Shown here: positions 61,577 through 64,000 of the stretch, piece by piece
Numbering within the stretch: the stretch's first letter is position 1
Layout: each line of letters opens with the position of its first letter
DNA from: Callorhinchus milii
Lineage: Eukaryota
Assembly: GCF_018977255.1 (NCBI RefSeq)
Contig: NW_024704743.1
Coordinates: 79,300,001-79,364,000 of the forward strand
Reading direction: 5' to 3'
DNA: 64,000 bases
Program-made: the position numbers and the translations under genes
The notes under the pieces: model-generated
The model's database searches: none
What the model saw: only the letters and a program-made list of their open reading frames with translations
Told to the model about the DNA's origin: nothing

Positions 61577-62927
61577 GCATGCTTAAATTGCTTTGCATGG
61601 TTGAGCTACAAGAATCGGCAATTTTTTTATCTGTTTCAATCTGAAGCCATTCACTAAATTCTTATAAAACCATTATGGACATTGATGCATTAAATAAGAG
61701 ATATGAACTCAGATGGGGGTGACTGGTGCATGTGGATGAATAAGACATTTAATCATACGTGTATATACTTAAATTTTTCACCAAATTGTTTGATTTGGAT
61801 TTTTTTGACGTCTTAACATGTTATTCATTGCATAATTTCTGTATTTTGGTAATGCATTGAATGTTTTGGTATATATTTGTAAATTACTATTGATCAATTC
61901 AGTTAATTGCAGAATTTTTCAAACCTACATAATAGACGGGTGAGATTGTACTTTACCCAAATTTTTACGTCTTCCATGCAGGGTAACTTGACATAAAAAA
62001 TGCACCATATCACATTTGTTTTGATAAAGTAAACCATACCGTATTGTTCAGTCACTTCAATCTGCATTTATTTTTCCATTTTGAACTAGTTTGGCTTGTG
62101 CAGTTTACAACTGCAGCTGCATGGTATCTGACTTGCAAAAGTCAATAATGCATGTGGTATAATGATCTGAAGTAAGCTGCTTTGCATAACATCTTTGTTG
62201 CTTCCTTTTATTGTTGTACACTGATGTTTCTGAGCACGAGGTGTATATCATTGCTTTATTTGCATGTTGAATGGATCTGCTTTAGAACATTACTGGATAA
62301 AATGCATTTTTGCAAAATGTAAATTAGAATTGTTGCAAAATGGTATTTTAGCACAAGGCACCATACAGTACTCTATTTCCCTCTTTATCAATGTGTCTTA
62401 CCTGTCTTAGGCTATGTTTAACTGGTAGTTGCAGCTTTTTCTATAATTTCAGTCCTAGAGCTGCTCTACTGAGTTGCATTTTGTGAAGGGTAGGATCTAC
62501 TCTACCTGGATTGACCAGAATAAATGTTTTGCTGCCACAAAATACATTAGTGCTGATAGCTGTAGTCCAATTAGGAAGTTGTGAATGGCAGGCACTGATA
62601 TCTAACCTCCCACTGTTTTCTAAAATGAGCTGGATATTCACAAAACGGTATATAAATAGATGAACTAAAAAAGAAAAAATAATTTACAGGGACTACCATT
62701 TTGCCTCGTCTCTATTGTGTGAACCTGAAGAAAATTGGTTAAAAAACTGGGCACACTGTAGTTCACACATATTAGTGCCCAATGTAATGGGTCAACAAAT
62801 TGTTTTCTCTCTTTAACTAATGAAACATTCTTCAGTGGAGGAGTGTATCATACTTTAATTGGTAATGCAATAGAAAAAAATGTAGCTGGCCAGTATAGTG
62901 GCATTACACCTAATCTTTAGCTGCATG
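61577..62927 (+). promoter_or_regulatory. Intronic RBFOX-type (T)GCATG splicing element cluster
   Basis: TGCATG at 61594, 61727, 62118, 62149, 62261 and 62922, plus GCATG at 61577. Confidence 0.65.
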
Positions 62928-63123
62928 GTGCCTTTATTTTACTATCTCTGTTCCTCTGAAAGTTTAGAATGTGGTATCTTGTAAACTACTATTGCTACAA
63001 TGCACGTGTTTGTCTGTTTTTGTGTGCACCATCTTTCTTTTATACATTTAGGACTGGGCATGAAAAANGTGCACCTTTGCTTAAATTATAAATATGTGTG
63101 TATTGATTGACATCAGCGGGCTT

Positions 63124-63292
63124 GATTTTCCACCCATTTGTTGGTGCTGTATTTTATACTAGCAGAAAACTACACTGGTCGTATTTTCTAATATTACCCT
63201 TTTGACAGTAGCCACCAAATTTAAATATGTTAATGTTTACCCAGGGTACTTAAAGTGCTGTGGCAGCCATTTAGTGCAGTGGGTAGAAAATC
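63124..63292. mobile_element. Degenerate short MITE-like element
   Basis: GATTTTCCACCCAT (63124) vs GTGGGTAGAAAATC (ending 63292), a 12/14 inverted match. Confidence 0.4.
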
Positions 63293-64000
63293 TGGTAAGT
63301 TATGGTGCTTTTTCTTTGTCCTAGCACCCCTTCCCAATTAATTTCTATGAGAATGCACAGCTAAAGTTGTCCCACCGGGATAGATCTCCAGTTTTTAAAC
63401 TGAGGGAGCCCCAAGCATAAATACTTTGGAAGGGAGAACACCAGTCTAGTTTATTGCTTCATCACTATCTGTAGTTGTATATCTTTCCTTGAACTTTGGC
63501 AGTAATATGCTGATACTGGAGTGGGATACATAGCCTTGATATTATACCCTCTTCTATTGCCAGCAGGTTAAATATTATACTTAACACCATAATTAAATGC
63601 AGCCCATAGTTTGTTATTGATGTTATTGACGTTGTCAGTTTCAAACCTGCAAATGGGATTAATTGTGGCTTTAAAATGGAGTTTAGTCCACACAAAGAAC
63701 AAAATGCTAAGATAGTAACTATTTTAGGAGATAACATTTTACTGTTATATCTCCCCGGTTTTAAATTTAACTTATCCCTTTTTCTAGTGTTTAAAATTCC
63801 CAATGGGTAAAATTCACTAGAATGTTTGCTTTATCCAAAACATCCCTTTCCATATAAAAGATAAATATCAAAATTGGAAAACGCACTTGCTAGCAAATCG
63901 AAAAACAGCGTCATGAAAACTTGGTGGGGGTTGATAGATTCATCTCATCCCTAAGTAAATTCCTTAAGTTTTACAGTGATTATGTGTTGTCCAAGTGTTT

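Noticed and set aside
17636..63068. Single N bases at 17636, 57050 and 63068
   Set aside because: Each ends a homopolymer run; ambiguous base calls, not biology.

Overview
Vertebrate genomic DNA, not prokaryotic. The repeat content (L2 and CR1 LINEs, tRNA-derived SINEs with L2-type tails) suggests a cartilaginous fish, possibly a chimaera; this is an inference. The window holds the 5' part of CYRIB/FAM49B on the + strand. A small CpG island with the probable exon 1 (~9.9-10.3 kb) is wedged between a 3.2-kb TG/GAGGG array and a 33-unit minisatellite. About 50 kb of repeat-rich intron follows, with a candidate 36-nt microexon at 46982-47017. Two tandem, paralogous 83-nt ATG-bearing exons (60793-60875 and 61417-61499) encode alternative N-termini, MGNLIKVLTRDIDHNASHFFLDFE and [24 protein letters not shown]. 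The most interesting system is a possible combinatorial control of the lipidated CYRI-B N-terminus: mutually exclusive exons with or without Cys10, a dense TGCATG (RBFOX) cluster downstream, and an upstream ATG that stays in frame through exon 1, the microexon and either ATG exon. The remaining coding exons lie beyond the window. Apart from LINE remnants, the other long ORFs are low-complexity artefacts. Also seen: two adjacent foldback elements, an unclassified dispersed repeat family and several hairpins. Repeat boundaries and identities were judged by eye and are approximate.
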